Source of the DNA: an uncultured Chloroflexia bacterium
GTDB taxonomy: Bacteria; Chloroflexota; Limnocylindria; Limnocylindrales; CSP1-4
Reading direction: 5' to 3'
DNA: 64,000 nucleotides
Assembly (NCBI GenBank): GCA_963838115.1
Contig: CAWIPU010000002.1
Location: 203,642 to 267,641 of the forward strand
Shown: piece after piece, positions 9,609 through 19,840 of the stretch
Position numbering within the stretch: the stretch's first letter is position 1
Layout: each line of letters begins with the position of its first letter
Notes under the pieces: generated by a model
The model's database searches: none
What the model was told of the DNA's origin: nothing
Seen by the model: only the letters and a program-made list of their open reading frames with translations
Position numbers and translations under genes: made by a program

Positions 9609-9957
9609 GGGACCACGGGCGTATCACCGAGCGCAAGAGGCGGAGGTCACGATGGCGAGCCTCCTCGGTCACCCTCGCGTCCGCTGGGGGCTCAGCCCGG
9701 GGTCCGGTCGGCCGACCGCAGTGGCGTCTCACCAGCTACGGCATCAGGGTCGACCGCGGCGAGCGCTTCGTCGAACGTCTCGATGGCGCGAGCCTCCGGT
9801 GGGTAGGACCCTGGGAGCAGGCTGCGGAACCGGGCTGGATGGACGCGATCACGCCTCGGCTGTCTACCCCTGCGGCGTGCGGATCGGGTCAGATGCGTGA
9901 ACCGGAGGTGCGCGACGACCGGGTGTGGTCGTGCCTGGGTGTGGATAGGCCGACGCC

Positions 9958-10386
9958 CTACGCTCCTTCGGCGGGAGGACCGTCCGGGATCGCGCCGAGC
10001 TGCTGCATCAAGCTGAGCGAGTCCATGACGCCCCAGTGCTCGTGACAGAGCCCGTCGTCGCCCAAGCGCATGATGTCGATGAGCCCGATGTCCACCTGGT
10101 TACCGGTCGCGGGCATGCCCATGAAGGGACTCTCATGGGTACCGGTCAGCCGGACGCGAGCGGTGACCTTGTCGTCAACGCCGAAGACATCCTGGGCATC
10201 CATCCGCAGGTCGGGAAATGCCGCGCGGAGCCCGCTGAACAAGGCTATGACTCCCTCCTTCGTGGGGGCTAGCCCCGGTGCCTCCTCGTGCTCGACGAAG
10301 TCGTCGGCCAGCAATTCGCCGAAGCCGTCGATGTCCCCGGCATTGATGAGGTCGTAGAAGCGACGGATCGTAGCGGTGTGGTCCAT
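9958..10386 (-). CDS. ester cyclase (SnoaL-like polyketide cyclase family)
   Basis: MDHTATIRRFYDLINAGDIDGFGELLADDFVEHE... SnoaL-like signature; AAGGAGG RBS 5 nt upstream. Confidence 0.7.
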   Translation of the reverse strand: MDHTATIRRFYDLINAGDIDGFGELLADDFVEHEEAPGLAPTKEGVIALFSGLRAAFPDLRMDAQDVFGVDDKVTARVRLTGTHESPFMGMPATGNQVDIGLIDIMRLGDDGLCHEHWGVMDSLSLMQQLGAIPDGPPAEGA

Positions 10387-10624
10387 GGGGACCTCCTTGG
10401 GGTTGGGGGCGGCGAGTATAGGCCGGGCACTGTGCGCCGTGACCGACTCCGATCGTGGAGGGCGCAGGCGTGGGCCCAGTCGAGGCAGCGCGCGCATTTC
10501 CGGCTGCCCGTGCACCGTTGGTCGGCCGCGTGGCTAGCCCACGGCGTCCCGCCTGCGAGCCGCGATGAGTCCTGCGGCGTCCCGCGGTCATACTGTCAAG
10601 CCCGTTCCCGCAAGAGGACTCCTG

Positions 10625-11188
10625 ATGCGCAGCGTGACCTATTCGATGAGCGTCTCACTCGACGGCTACATCGTCGGACCGGACGGTGGCTTCGACTGGT
10701 CGGCGCCGAACGAGGAGGTCTTTCGCTTCTGGATCGACGAGATCCGAGGACTCGGCGTCCACCTGATGGGACGACGGCTGTACGAGACGATGCTGTACTG
10801 GGAGACGGCCGACCAGGATGGGTCGCTCGACGACTCGGAGCGTGAGTGGACCGCGCTCTGGAACCCGCTCCCCAAGGTGGTCTTCTCGACCACGCTGTCG
10901 AAGGTGCAGGGCACTGCGCGCCTGGCCTCCGGCGGCCTGGCGGAGGAGATCACGCGGTGCCGAGCCGAACCGGGGGATGGCGACATCGCCATCGGCGGCG
11001 CGACCCTCGCCGCCGAGGCGGCGGCGTCGGATCTGATCGACGAGTACCGGGCCATGGTCTATCCGGTGCTGGTCGGCGGGGGTATCCCGTTCTTTCCCCA
11101 GTGCGAGCGCCGGGTGGATCTCGATCTCGTCGAGACCCGGACCTTCGACTCGAGGTTTTTGTACCTCCGTTACCGCGTGGTGCGCTAG
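10625..11188 (+). CDS. dihydrofolate reductase family protein (RibD C-terminal domain)
   Basis: SMSVSLDGYIVGPDGGFDW ... DIAIGGATLAAEAAASDLIDEYRAMVYPVLVGGGIPFF matches the RibD_C/YwjB family. Confidence 0.7.
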   Translation: MRSVTYSMSVSLDGYIVGPDGGFDWSAPNEEVFRFWIDEIRGLGVHLMGRRLYETMLYWETADQDGSLDDSEREWTALWNPLPKVVFSTTLSKVQGTARLASGGLAEEITRCRAEPGDGDIAIGGATLAAEAAASDLIDEYRAMVYPVLVGGGIPFFPQCERRVDLDLVETRTFDSRFLYLRYRVVR

Positions 11189-11307
11189 CCGGCTCGTCGG
11201 CCGGGAGCGGACGGCCGCGTCATCCGTTGATCGTGCCAACTTGTATCGGACCGTCGGGGGGACTTCAGCAACCATCCTTGGCGCACGCGTCTGGCGCGCC
11301 ATGTTGA

Positions 11308-11565
11308 AGGTGTTGGCTGCCTACAGCCAAGGACCGCCTGTCGCGACACCTTCTCGACGAGGCCGACGCCCTTCGGGCATGGGGGTGGATCGCCGAGCCC
11401 ATCTCCAGTGAGCTGATCCGGATCGAATGCCTGCGCACTCTCGTCCGGGTCTACGACCGCATCGGATCCCGGGCAGCGGAACCCTTTCCTTCGCACGTCA
11501 GGACGCTTGACTCGATCCACCTGGCGAGCGCCGTGGAGGCACTCGGATCCGAAGTCATCACCTGA
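11308..11565 (+). pseudogene. PIN-domain toxin remnant (no start codon; ~85 codons)
   Basis: open frame from the stop at 11305 to TGA 11563 encoding ...AEPISSELIRIECLRTLVRVYDRIGSRAAEPFPSHVRTLDSIHLASAVEALGSEVIT; no ATG; not preceded by an antitoxin. Confidence 0.5.
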
Positions 11566-11621
11566 TCGGTCAGGCACACAAGGCTACGCAGTGGCGGAGC
11601 GCCGAAGAGCTCAGGGCTGGC

Positions 11622-11966
11622 TCAGGTGCCGCGGAGAACCTTCTCCATGGCCTTGCCCCGCGCCAACTCGTCGACGAGCTTGTCCAGGTAGCGGATCTTT
11701 TGCATCAACGGGTCTTCGACGTCCTCGACCCGGACCCCGCACACGACGCCGGTGATCAGCGCCGCGTTCGGGTTGAGCTGCGCATCCGCGAAGAAGTCCT
11801 CGAAGTTGCTCTGCTCCGCGAGATGGCGGCGCAACGCCGACTCGTCAAAGCCCGTGAGCCAATCGATCACCTCATCGAGCTCATCGCGGGTCCGCCCCTT
11901 GCGTTCCAGCTTGGCCACGTAGAGGGGGTATACCGAGGCGACCGGGGTCGAGAAGATCTTGCTCAC
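11622..11966 (-). CDS. DUF2200 family protein
   Basis: VSKIFSTPVASVYPLYVAKLERKGRTRDELDEVIDWLTGFDE...EDPLMQKIRYLDKLVDELARGKAMEKV, family-typical; GTG start. Confidence 0.7.
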   Translation of the reverse strand: MSKIFSTPVASVYPLYVAKLERKGRTRDELDEVIDWLTGFDESALRRHLAEQSNFEDFFADAQLNPNAALITGVVCGVRVEDVEDPLMQKIRYLDKLVDELARGKAMEKVLRGT

Positions 11967-12344
11967 GGTTCGGCAGCGTAGCACCACCGGGCCCGGGTAT
12001 CGACCGCGAAGCTCGAAGTGGATGGATACCGGAAGTTGATCCAAGAACTCACGCGAGATGCCGTGGGGCTGCGTCTCGACGCGGCCACGGTGCGAGATCG
12101 CGAGCGAGGTTCGCGGCTACGGGGCGAGCGCGCCGATCGGGATCACCGAGACGCCGTCCGGTCGCCGGTAGCGGTAGCCCCAGCCAGTGATGACAGCGAG
12201 GGCTGCAGGCGCCGTCGCGATGGTGGCGTGCTTGACGATGCAGGGGCCGAGGTTCGCGAGAGTCTGATGCCCGGACTCGTGGCTGGGCTATAGTCGCCGC
12301 CGGGACGTCAGGACGTGACCCGGTGTGCCGAGGCGGGAGTGACC

Positions 12345-13733
12345 ATGGGCGAAACGGAGACCATAGGGGCGACGCGCCTGGAGTCGCTGCGTGGGCAGGT
12401 CGTCAAGGGCGACGTTGACACCGTCATCGTGGCCTTCACCGATATGCAGGGCCGGCTCCTGGGCAAGCGCGTGAACGGCCAGGCTTTCCTCGACGGCATC
12501 GTGGACCACGGGGCTCATTTCTGCACGTATCTGCTGGGTACGGACATGGAGATGAACACGCCCGACGGGTTCCGACTGACGAGCTGGGAGACCGGCTACG
12601 GCGACTGGGTCGCGGCACCCGTCTGGGAGACCCTCCGCAAGCTGCCCTGGCAGGACCGAACGGCCCTCGTGCTCTGCGACGTCATCGATGAGGTGACGCA
12701 CGAGGAAGTCCCGATCGCGCCCAGGACGATGCTCAAGCGCCAGCTCGCCGCCGCCGCGGAGATGGGCCTCGCGATCAAGGCTGGCGCCGAGTTCGAGTAT
12801 TACCTCCTGACCGACACGTATGAGGCGGCCCACCGCAAGCGCTACATGGACCTCGAGCCATTCGGGCACTACAACGAGGACTATCACCTGCTCCAGGGCA
12901 CCAAGGCGGAACCCGTCCACGGTCGGCTGCGACGGCAGATGCCTGAGGCGGGCATCCCGGTGGAGTTCACCAAGGGTGAGGCGGGGCCAGGTCAGCACGA
13001 GTTGAATATCCGCTACGACCACGCACTCGAGTCAGCCGACCGGGGCGTCATCTTCAAGCATGGCGCCAAGGAGATCGCCTGGCAGGAGGGCTTCGGCCTG
13101 ACCTTCATGGCTAAGCCGGACCAGGCATGGACCGGCTCGTCCGGACATATCCACCTCTCGGCTTGGGGTCTGCAGGACGACGCCCCGCTCTTCTACGAGG
13201 AGGAAGCTGAGCCATATGGCATGTCGGACCGAGCGCGCTGGTTCCTGGGCGGCATGATGGCGATGAGCCGCGAGCTTTCGCCTTTCTTCGCCCCCAACAT
13301 CAATTCGTACAAGCGCTTCGCGGTGGGCAGCTGGGCGCCGGTCAACGTGAACTGGGGGCGAGACAATCGGACGACGGGCTTCCGCGTGGTCGGCAACGGC
13401 CCGTCCCTGCATATCGAGTGCCGCTTCCCGGGCGGTGACATGAATGCCTACCTCGCGTATGCGGCCTTGATCGGGGCAGGTCTGCACGGTATCCGCGAAG
13501 AGATCGAGTTGGCCCCTGAGGTCGCGGGCAACGGCTACACCGGTGACGCCGTGCAGCGAATGCCACGTGCGTTGTATGAGGCCATCCGCGCACTCGAGGA
13601 GAGCGAGGTCGCGCCGGCGATCCTCGGTCAGGACGTCGTCGATCACTACCTCAACGCGGCCAAGGTGGAGCAGGCGGCGTTCGATGCCGTCGTCCACCCC
13701 TGGGAACGGCAACGCTACCTTGAGCGAAGTTGA
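12345..13733 (+). CDS. glutamine synthetase family protein (gamma-glutamyl-amine synthetase-like, GlnA paralogue)
   Basis: GS beta-grasp and catalytic motifs (GAHFCTYLLG..., ELNIRYDHA, NSYKRF, HIECRFPGGDMNAYLA); GGGAG RBS. Confidence 0.85.
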   Translation: MGETETIGATRLESLRGQVVKGDVDTVIVAFTDMQGRLLGKRVNGQAFLDGIVDHGAHFCTYLLGTDMEMNTPDGFRLTSWETGYGDWVAAPVWETLRKLPWQDRTALVLCDVIDEVTHEEVPIAPRTMLKRQLAAAAEMGLAIKAGAEFEYYLLTDTYEAAHRKRYMDLEPFGHYNEDYHLLQGTKAEPVHGRLRRQMPEAGIPVEFTKGEAGPGQHELNIRYDHALESADRGVIFKHGAKEIAWQEGFGLTFMAKPDQAWTGSSGHIHLSAWGLQDDAPLFYEEEAEPYGMSDRARWFLGGMMAMSRELSPFFAPNINSYKRFAVGSWAPVNVNWGRDNRTTGFRVVGNGPSLHIECRFPGGDMNAYLAYAALIGAGLHGIREEIELAPEVAGNGYTGDAVQRMPRALYEAIRALEESEVAPAILGQDVVDHYLNAAKVEQAAFDAVVHPWERQRYLERS

Positions 13734-13771
13734 CGTCCAAGAGAAAAGAAGCAACACCACGGGAGGGACAG

Positions 13772-14539
13772 ATGCGCCTGGCGGACAAGATCTGCCTCAT
13801 CACAGGGGCCGGTGGCGGTATGGGCCGCGTCGCGGCCATGACGTTCGCGCGGGAGGGCGCTCGGATCGTGGCCGTCGACGCCGCCGAGCGTGCCGCTGAT
13901 GAGACGGTCGCCCAGGTCATCGCGCTTGGCGGTGAGGCCGTCGCCGTGACCGCCGATGTCTCGACCGAATCCGACTCGAAGGCCATGATCGACCTCACGA
14001 TCTCGAAGTTCGGCCGACTCGACGTGCTTTACAACAACGCGGGCATCATGCCCGCCGCCGACCACTCCGTCATCGACACGGACGTAGACACCTGGGATCG
14101 CGTCATGGCCGTGAACGTGCGCGGCGTGTTCCTGGGCTGCAAGTACGCCATCCCGGGCATGTTGGAACAGGGCTCGGGGTCCATCATCAACATCGCCAGC
14201 TTCGTCGCGCTCGTCGGGTGCAGTGCCCCCCAGGATGCCTACACGGCGTCGAAAGGCGCCATCATCGCGCTCACGCGCAGCCTAGCCGTGCAGTTCGGGC
14301 CCGCCGGGGTTCGCTGCAACTCCATCAGCCCTGGCCCGGTCGAGACGCCCCTGCTCATGGACTGGCTGGTCAAGGACGAGGCGGCCGCCAGCATCCGGCT
14401 GGCGCGCAATCCCACGGGCCGATTCGGGCAGCCTGAGGATGTCGTGAACGCTGCCCTGTACCTCGCCTCCGACGAGTCGCGCTGGACGAATGGCTCGAAC
14501 CTCGTGGTTGACGGTGGCATCACCGTCAACTACTTCTAG
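13772..14539 (+). CDS. SDR family NAD(P)-dependent oxidoreductase
   Basis: TGAGGGMG Rossmann motif, NNAG, S...YTASKGA catalytic triad region; GGGAGGG RBS. Confidence 0.85.
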   Translation: MRLADKICLITGAGGGMGRVAAMTFAREGARIVAVDAAERAADETVAQVIALGGEAVAVTADVSTESDSKAMIDLTISKFGRLDVLYNNAGIMPAADHSVIDTDVDTWDRVMAVNVRGVFLGCKYAIPGMLEQGSGSIINIASFVALVGCSAPQDAYTASKGAIIALTRSLAVQFGPAGVRCNSISPGPVETPLLMDWLVKDEAAASIRLARNPTGRFGQPEDVVNAALYLASDESRWTNGSNLVVDGGITVNYF

Positions 14540-14558
14540 GTCGACGAGGAGGATGACG

Positions 14559-16007
14559 ATGACGGTGAGCGAGCCACAGATGGTCATCGGCGGCCGCTTG
14601 GTCGAGGCTGCAGACGGACGAAGGTTCGACGTGATGGAGCCGGCGCAGGGCCGGGTCCTGGCCACCGCGCCCCTCGGTGACACGGAGGACATCGAGGGCG
14701 CTATATCGGCTGCCCGAGCGGCCCTGGAGGGAGCTTGGTCGAGCTGGTCCGCGGCGGACCGAGGGCGCGCCCTCCAGCGGCTCGCCGAAGGTGTGGCCGC
14801 CCACGCCGACGAGCTCGCCGAACTCGAGTCGCGCAACGTGGGCAAGCCCATCACCAGTGCCCGCGGCGAGATCATGGGGACGGCACGTGTCTTCGAGTAC
14901 TACGCTGGTGCTGCGACCCGGCTCATGGGCGAGACCATCCCGGTCTCCAAGCCCGGGCTCGACTTCACCCTGCGTGAGCCCGTCGGAGTGGTGGGGCTCA
15001 TCGTGCCCTGGAACTTCCCCATGCTCATCGCATCCTGGAAGCTCGGGCCGGCCCTGGCTGCCGGCAACACCTGCCTGCTGAAACCGGCCTCTTACACGCC
15101 GCTCACGGCATTGCGCCTGGGCGAGCTGGCACTGGAGGCCGGGATCCCCGAAGGCGTCGTGAACGTCGTGACGGGCCCAGGCGACCGGGTCGGCGCCGCC
15201 ATCGCCGCGCACCCGGGCATCGACAAGGTCGCGTTCACGGGTGAGACGGCGACCGGCCAGCAGATCATGCGGCTCGCGGCAGGCAATGTGAAGCGCATCT
15301 CCCTGGAGCTCGGCGGTAAGAGCCCCAACGTCTGTTTCGCCGACGCCGATCTGGAGGCGTTCGCAGCGGCAGCACCGTACAGCGTCTTCGAGAACGCCGG
15401 TCAAGACTGCTGTGCTCGCAGTCGCATCCTGGTGGAGCGCAGCGTGCACGAGCGGGTGGTGGAGCTCCTGGCGAGTGCGACCGCGAGGCTGGTGGTGGGT
15501 GACCCCATCGACGAACGCACCGAGGTAGGATGCCTCATCAGCCCGGTCCAGCGCGAGCGCGTCAACGGCTATGTGGAGCATGCCCAGGACGAGGGCGCCG
15601 TCCTCGTCGCCGGTGGCCACACGCCGGACGACCCGGCACTGGCGGCGGGCGCCTACTACCTGCCCACCATCCTGGATGGCTGCCGGGAGGACATGCGCGT
15701 GGTGCGCGAGGAGGTCTTCGGACCGGTCCTCGCGGTCATCCCATTCGATGATGAGGCCGAGGCGGTTCGGCTCGCCAACTCGACTCCGTACGGGCTTTCA
15801 GGCTCCGTCTGGTCGCGCGACGTGGGCCGTGCACTGAGGATGGCCCGGGCTATCCGCTCCGGAGTCATCTCGGTGAACTCGAATGCCAGCGTCCACACCG
15901 AGGCGCCGTTCGGCGGCTATGGCATGTCAGGCACTGGCCGTGAGCTGGGCATGCACGCCCTGGCGGAATACACCGAGCTAAAGAACGTCTTCGTCGACCT
16001 GGGATAG
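14559..16007 (+). CDS. aldehyde dehydrogenase family protein
   Basis: ALDH motifs VPWNFP, LELGGKSP, catalytic Cys in ENAGQDCCARSRI, EEVFGPVL. Confidence 0.85.
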   Translation: MTVSEPQMVIGGRLVEAADGRRFDVMEPAQGRVLATAPLGDTEDIEGAISAARAALEGAWSSWSAADRGRALQRLAEGVAAHADELAELESRNVGKPITSARGEIMGTARVFEYYAGAATRLMGETIPVSKPGLDFTLREPVGVVGLIVPWNFPMLIASWKLGPALAAGNTCLLKPASYTPLTALRLGELALEAGIPEGVVNVVTGPGDRVGAAIAAHPGIDKVAFTGETATGQQIMRLAAGNVKRISLELGGKSPNVCFADADLEAFAAAAPYSVFENAGQDCCARSRILVERSVHERVVELLASATARLVVGDPIDERTEVGCLISPVQRERVNGYVEHAQDEGAVLVAGGHTPDDPALAAGAYYLPTILDGCREDMRVVREEVFGPVLAVIPFDDEAEAVRLANSTPYGLSGSVWSRDVGRALRMARAIRSGVISVNSNASVHTEAPFGGYGMSGTGRELGMHALAEYTELKNVFVDLG

Positions 16008-16020
16008 CGTCGGTCGATCT

Positions 16021-16064
16021 CCGCGCCCGGCGAAGGGAGCCACCTGGCGCGGGGCGGCGTGGCC
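16021..16064. terminator. GC-rich inverted repeat between convergent ALDH and PHP genes (candidate bidirectional terminator)
   Basis: CCGCGCC ... GGCGCGG arms seen; no T-tract, as is common in high-GC genomes. Confidence 0.25.
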
Positions 16065-16077
16065 GGTCCTGGTCGCC

Positions 16078-16965
16078 TCAATCGGTGAAGACGGGCTGTA
16101 TCCAGGCCGATAGGCCGTCAGAATCGTCGATGCGCGCGCGCACGTAGCCGGCTGGCGCGTCAGTCACTCGGAAGCGCGCCTCAGGGCCATCGATGACGTC
16201 AAGGACCTGCCCGTTGGTACCCACGAAGGTGGTGCGGTAGGCGAGATCCCACTGCCCCGCGATGTCCACTGCCAGCTCGCGTGGCGTCGACGAAAGCTCT
16301 GCGATGTGCACACCGGTCGAGGCGTAGAAGTCGCCGGCCTCGATGGCCGTCAGGAGGTCCGACGTCTCAAGGCGCGCCGCCCGAACCTCCACCCATGCCC
16401 GACCGGGGTTGGAGTAGGGACGACCCCAGACGCGGAAGTGGTGTGCATCATCTACAGCGACGCCATAGAAGCGGTGACCCGAGCTGAGGACGAGGTCCCA
16501 GAGCGCATCGTGGGAAGGGTGCCCCGGGCGCCCCAGGTTGTTCGTCTCAGGTCCTGCGTTGTGGACCTCGAAGAGCCCACATGCCCGGAGCCCTGCCAGA
16601 TCCGAGGGTCGTAGCTGCCAGCGGAAGTTGGGGTGGTTGACGGAGGGCACGCCGCCCACGGCCCGCACCGCGTCGACGTTGGCCTGCAGCGTCTCCGCCG
16701 CCGTGTCCGCGGTGATAGGTGCGACGGCTTGCGCGATGCCCAGCGCGTTTACATGGATGTCGCCCGCAGAGACCTCCTCGCCTGGAACGAGCAACATAGG
16801 TCCGGCCACGGCCGCGTGGTCAGCCGGCAACGTCAGGACATCGTGGTCGCTGAGGACGAGGAAGTCATACCCTGCGTCGCGGTACCAGGCCGCGACCTCG
16901 TCAGGCGGCGAGTCGCCGTCGCTGTTGGTGGTGTGAGTGTGCAGGTTGCCGCGAAACCAACGCAT
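16078..16965 (-). CDS. PHP-domain metallohydrolase (CehA/McbA family)
   Basis: N-terminal GNLHTHTTNSDG His-cluster typical of PHP phosphoesterases; last gene of the ABC importer operon. Confidence 0.6.
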   Translation of the reverse strand: MRWFRGNLHTHTTNSDGDSPPDEVAAWYRDAGYDFLVLSDHDVLTLPADHAAVAGPMLLVPGEEVSAGDIHVNALGIAQAVAPITADTAAETLQANVDAVRAVGGVPSVNHPNFRWQLRPSDLAGLRACGLFEVHNAGPETNNLGRPGHPSHDALWDLVLSSGHRFYGVAVDDAHHFRVWGRPYSNPGRAWVEVRAARLETSDLLTAIEAGDFYASTGVHIAELSSTPRELAVDIAGQWDLAYRTTFVGTNGQVLDVIDGPEARFRVTDAPAGYVRARIDDSDGLSAWIQPVFTD

Positions 16966-17009
16966 TTCGCCATCATGGACCGGGCGACGCGAATGCGCTG
17001 CGCCAGTCG

Positions 17010-18086
17010 TCAGGCAGCGGTCGCGAAGACAGGCAGCTGCAGGAAGGTGACGGCCACGGCAGTGCCAGGACCCAGACCGCTGGCCTCCTGCGCAGAGGTT
17101 TGCGCCACGACGAGGGTCCCATCTTCGGTGGTCACCTGGACCCGACAGAGCGAGCCCAGGAAGCTCACCGTAAGCACCCGCGCCTTCGCGTCCTCGTCGG
17201 ACATGAGCTTGACGGCCTCCGGCCGCACGAGCGCCGTCACCGGCCCACGCTCCGCCGATCCTTCGAGCAATGGCACCGTCGAGCCGAGCACATCCACCAC
17301 TCCGTCATGTGCGATCCCTGGCAGGCGATTCGTCAGGCCCACGAATTCGGCCACGAACGCGGTTCGCGGGCGGTCATAGAGTTCGGCAGGCGGAGCGATC
17401 TGCTCAAGCCGACCTGCGGACATGACGCCGACCCGGTCACCGAGCGCGAGCGCCTCCTCCTGATCATGTGTCACGAACAGCGTCGTCGTGCCGACCATGA
17501 GCTGGATCCTTCGGATCTCCTCCCGCAGCAGGCGCCGCACCTTCGCATCGAGGGCCGATAGCGGCTCGTCGAGGAGCAGGACCTTGGGGCGGATGGCGAG
17601 CGCTCGCGCCAGGGCGACGCGCTGTTGCTGCCCACCCGAGAGCTGGTGCGGATAGTGCGCGGCGTGACGACCGAGTCCGACCAGGTCGAGCAGTTCATCC
17701 ACGCTTCGCTTGCGCTCTGCCGCGCCTGTCCCGCGGAGGCGCAACCCGTAGGCCACATTGTCGTGGGCAGTCATGTTCGGGAACAGGCTGTAGGCCTGGA
17801 AGACGACGCCCATATCCCGGTGGTTGGCAGGCATGTCGGTGATGTCACGACCATCGACGACGACGCGGCCCGAGTCCGGGTCGTCGAGACCGGCGAGCGA
17901 GCGGAGCGCGGTCGTCTTCCCACAGCCCGACGGCCCCAGGAGCGCCACCAACTCGCCCGGTGCGATGTCCAGCGTCAGGCCATCGAGCGCACGGACCCGC
18001 CCGTAATGCCGGTGCAGGTCGACCAGTCGGACGGCCACGCCTGCGCGCCCGGCCTTCGTGTCAGCGAGGGTGGTTGCCGGCGTCAC
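17010..18086 (-). CDS. ABC transporter ATP-binding protein (PotA/FbpC-like, C-terminal TOBE domain)
   Basis: Walker A GPSGCGKTT, signature LSGGQQQRVALARAL, Walker B LLLDEPLSALD. Confidence 0.85.
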   Translation of the reverse strand: MTPATTLADTKAGRAGVAVRLVDLHRHYGRVRALDGLTLDIAPGELVALLGPSGCGKTTALRSLAGLDDPDSGRVVVDGRDITDMPANHRDMGVVFQAYSLFPNMTAHDNVAYGLRLRGTGAAERKRSVDELLDLVGLGRHAAHYPHQLSGGQQQRVALARALAIRPKVLLLDEPLSALDAKVRRLLREEIRRIQLMVGTTTLFVTHDQEEALALGDRVGVMSAGRLEQIAPPAELYDRPRTAFVAEFVGLTNRLPGIAHDGVVDVLGSTVPLLEGSAERGPVTALVRPEAVKLMSDEDAKARVLTVSFLGSLCRVQVTTEDGTLVVAQTSAQEASGLGPGTAVAVTFLQLPVFATAA

Positions 18087-18859
18087 GATAGGTCATCCGT
18101 GGTGATCTCCTTGGCCCCGCGACGACCGGTCGGTGTCAGGCTCGCGATGGCGAGGATAAGGAAGAATGCGAAGACGAGTGCACCGAGCGCGACCGCCACG
18201 GCGACGAACGCGTCTCGCTTGCCCAGCAGGTTGATGACGACCTGGACGGTGTGGTAGTTGAGCAATGAGCTGATGGTGAACTCACCGAGCACGAGCGCGA
18301 CGCTGATGACCGCCGCGGAGAGGATGGCGCCACGGATGTTGGGCACGATGATCTGGGCGATGATGCGCGGCCATCCGGCCCCAAGGCTGCGCGCGGCCTC
18401 CGCGAGCGTGGCGACATCGATGGCACGGAGGCCGGCATCGATGGCGCGATGGACGAACGGCAGCACCAGGATGATGTCGATGAGGACGAGCGCCAGCGGC
18501 GATCCCGTGACGTTCCTGCGGATGATCCCATAGATGGGTGCGATGCCCACCACGAGCACGATGGCGGGGATGGCCAGCGGCAACAGGCAGAGGAACTCGA
18601 TGGGCCGCTTCACTCGCGGGACCTTCAAGTAGGCCCAAGCCATCGTCGGAACGAGCAGCAGGAGCACGCCGGACACGGTCATCGCAGCGATCTGGAGCGA
18701 GACGATGATGGAGTCGATGAGGTTCTGGTCCTGGCCGATCGCCAGCCACGGGTCCAGCGTGCGTCTTCCACCCGGACCTCGGGTCGAGAAGTCGAGCATC
18801 GCCACGAGCGGCAGCAACAGGTAGCCACCAACGAGCACGAAGATGCTCCATCGCGCCAT
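18083..18859 (-). CDS. ABC transporter permease (PotC-like)
   Basis: polytopic; EAA-loop-like AEAARSLGAGWPRII; start could instead be 18904, overlapping the upstream permease. Confidence 0.75.
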   Translation of the reverse strand: MARWSIFVLVGGYLLLPLVAMLDFSTRGPGGRRTLDPWLAIGQDQNLIDSIIVSLQIAAMTVSGVLLLLVPTMAWAYLKVPRVKRPIEFLCLLPLAIPAIVLVVGIAPIYGIIRRNVTGSPLALVLIDIILVLPFVHRAIDAGLRAIDVATLAEAARSLGAGWPRIIAQIIVPNIRGAILSAAVISVALVLGEFTISSLLNYHTVQVVINLLGKRDAFVAVAVALGALVFAFFLILAIASLTPTGRRGAKEITTDDLS

Positions 18860-18891
18860 CGTGCGCCCCTGAGGTCGCCTCCGGGCGCCGG

Positions 18892-19824
18892 TCACTGGAC
18901 CCACCGTGAAGCGCGCCGCTGGACGAGCGCATACAGGATCATGACGATGGCCACCACGACGATCATCCCCAGTGCCAGCGCCTTGCCCACGTTCGCCTGC
19001 CCCAGGACCACTTCACTCGTCAGAGCGCCGCGGATCCGCAACGGCACGATGGGGCTGCCCTGGCTCACCAGCGCCGCCGCGGTCGCGTAGGCGGAGAAAG
19101 CATTCGCGAAGAGCAATAGCAGGGATCCAAGAAAGCTCGGGGCGAGGATCGGCCCACCGACGTGGCGCCAGTATCGCCACTCGGATCCCCCCAGAGTCTT
19201 GGACGCTTCCCACCATTCCCGGCGCAGTCCGTCGAGCGCGGGCAGGAAGATGATGACCATGAGGGGGATCTGGAAGTACGTGTACACGACCGCAAGGCCA
19301 GTCATCCCGTAGATCCATTGGCCTCCCAGGACGTCCAGGCCGACCACCTCACGCATGAACATCGTGGCGATGCCGTTGAAGCCGAAGGTGGCCAGGAAGG
19401 CAAATGCCAGCATGACGCCGCCGAACTGCGCCATGACCGCGCAGGCTGAGATGACGTTGCGTCGAAGCCAGCTGCCAGGTTCGGAGTCGACCAACGCCCA
19501 GGCGAGAAGGCCCCCCAACGTGGCGCCGATGATGGCCGTCTCGGCCGAGAGGGTGATGGAGCGGACGAACGCGTCGCGGAGCGTCTGGCCCCTGAGGACC
19601 GTGATGATGTTCTGCAGCGTCGGTGTACCGTCGTCCGCCTGGAATGCCCCGATGACGACGATCGCCGTCGGGACAAGCATGAAGAGCGTGACGTACGTGA
19701 CGAACGGGACGACCGCAAGATAGTCGCGAATGCGACGCAATCGAAGGGAGCCGGCCCCACGTGGCGTGGGGCCGGCTCCCTCGGCGTCATTCGAGCCGGG
19801 CCTGGCCGCTGCGACCTCGGTCAC
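18892..19824 (-). CDS. ABC transporter permease (PotB-like)
   Basis: polytopic; EAA loop WEASKTLGGSEWRYWRHV. Confidence 0.8.
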   Translation of the reverse strand: MTEVAAARPGSNDAEGAGPTPRGAGSLRLRRIRDYLAVVPFVTYVTLFMLVPTAIVVIGAFQADDGTPTLQNIITVLRGQTLRDAFVRSITLSAETAIIGATLGGLLAWALVDSEPGSWLRRNVISACAVMAQFGGVMLAFAFLATFGFNGIATMFMREVVGLDVLGGQWIYGMTGLAVVYTYFQIPLMVIIFLPALDGLRREWWEASKTLGGSEWRYWRHVGGPILAPSFLGSLLLLFANAFSAYATAAALVSQGSPIVPLRIRGALTSEVVLGQANVGKALALGMIVVVAIVMILYALVQRRASRWVQ

Positions 19825-19840
19825 CGTTCGAACGGCTCCG

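Noticed and set aside
12288-13760. Two - strand ORFs of 244 and 242 aa
   Set aside because: Antisense to the glutamine-synthetase-family gene
14526-15620. 364-aa ORF on - strand
   Set aside because: Antisense to the aldehyde dehydrogenase; no motifs
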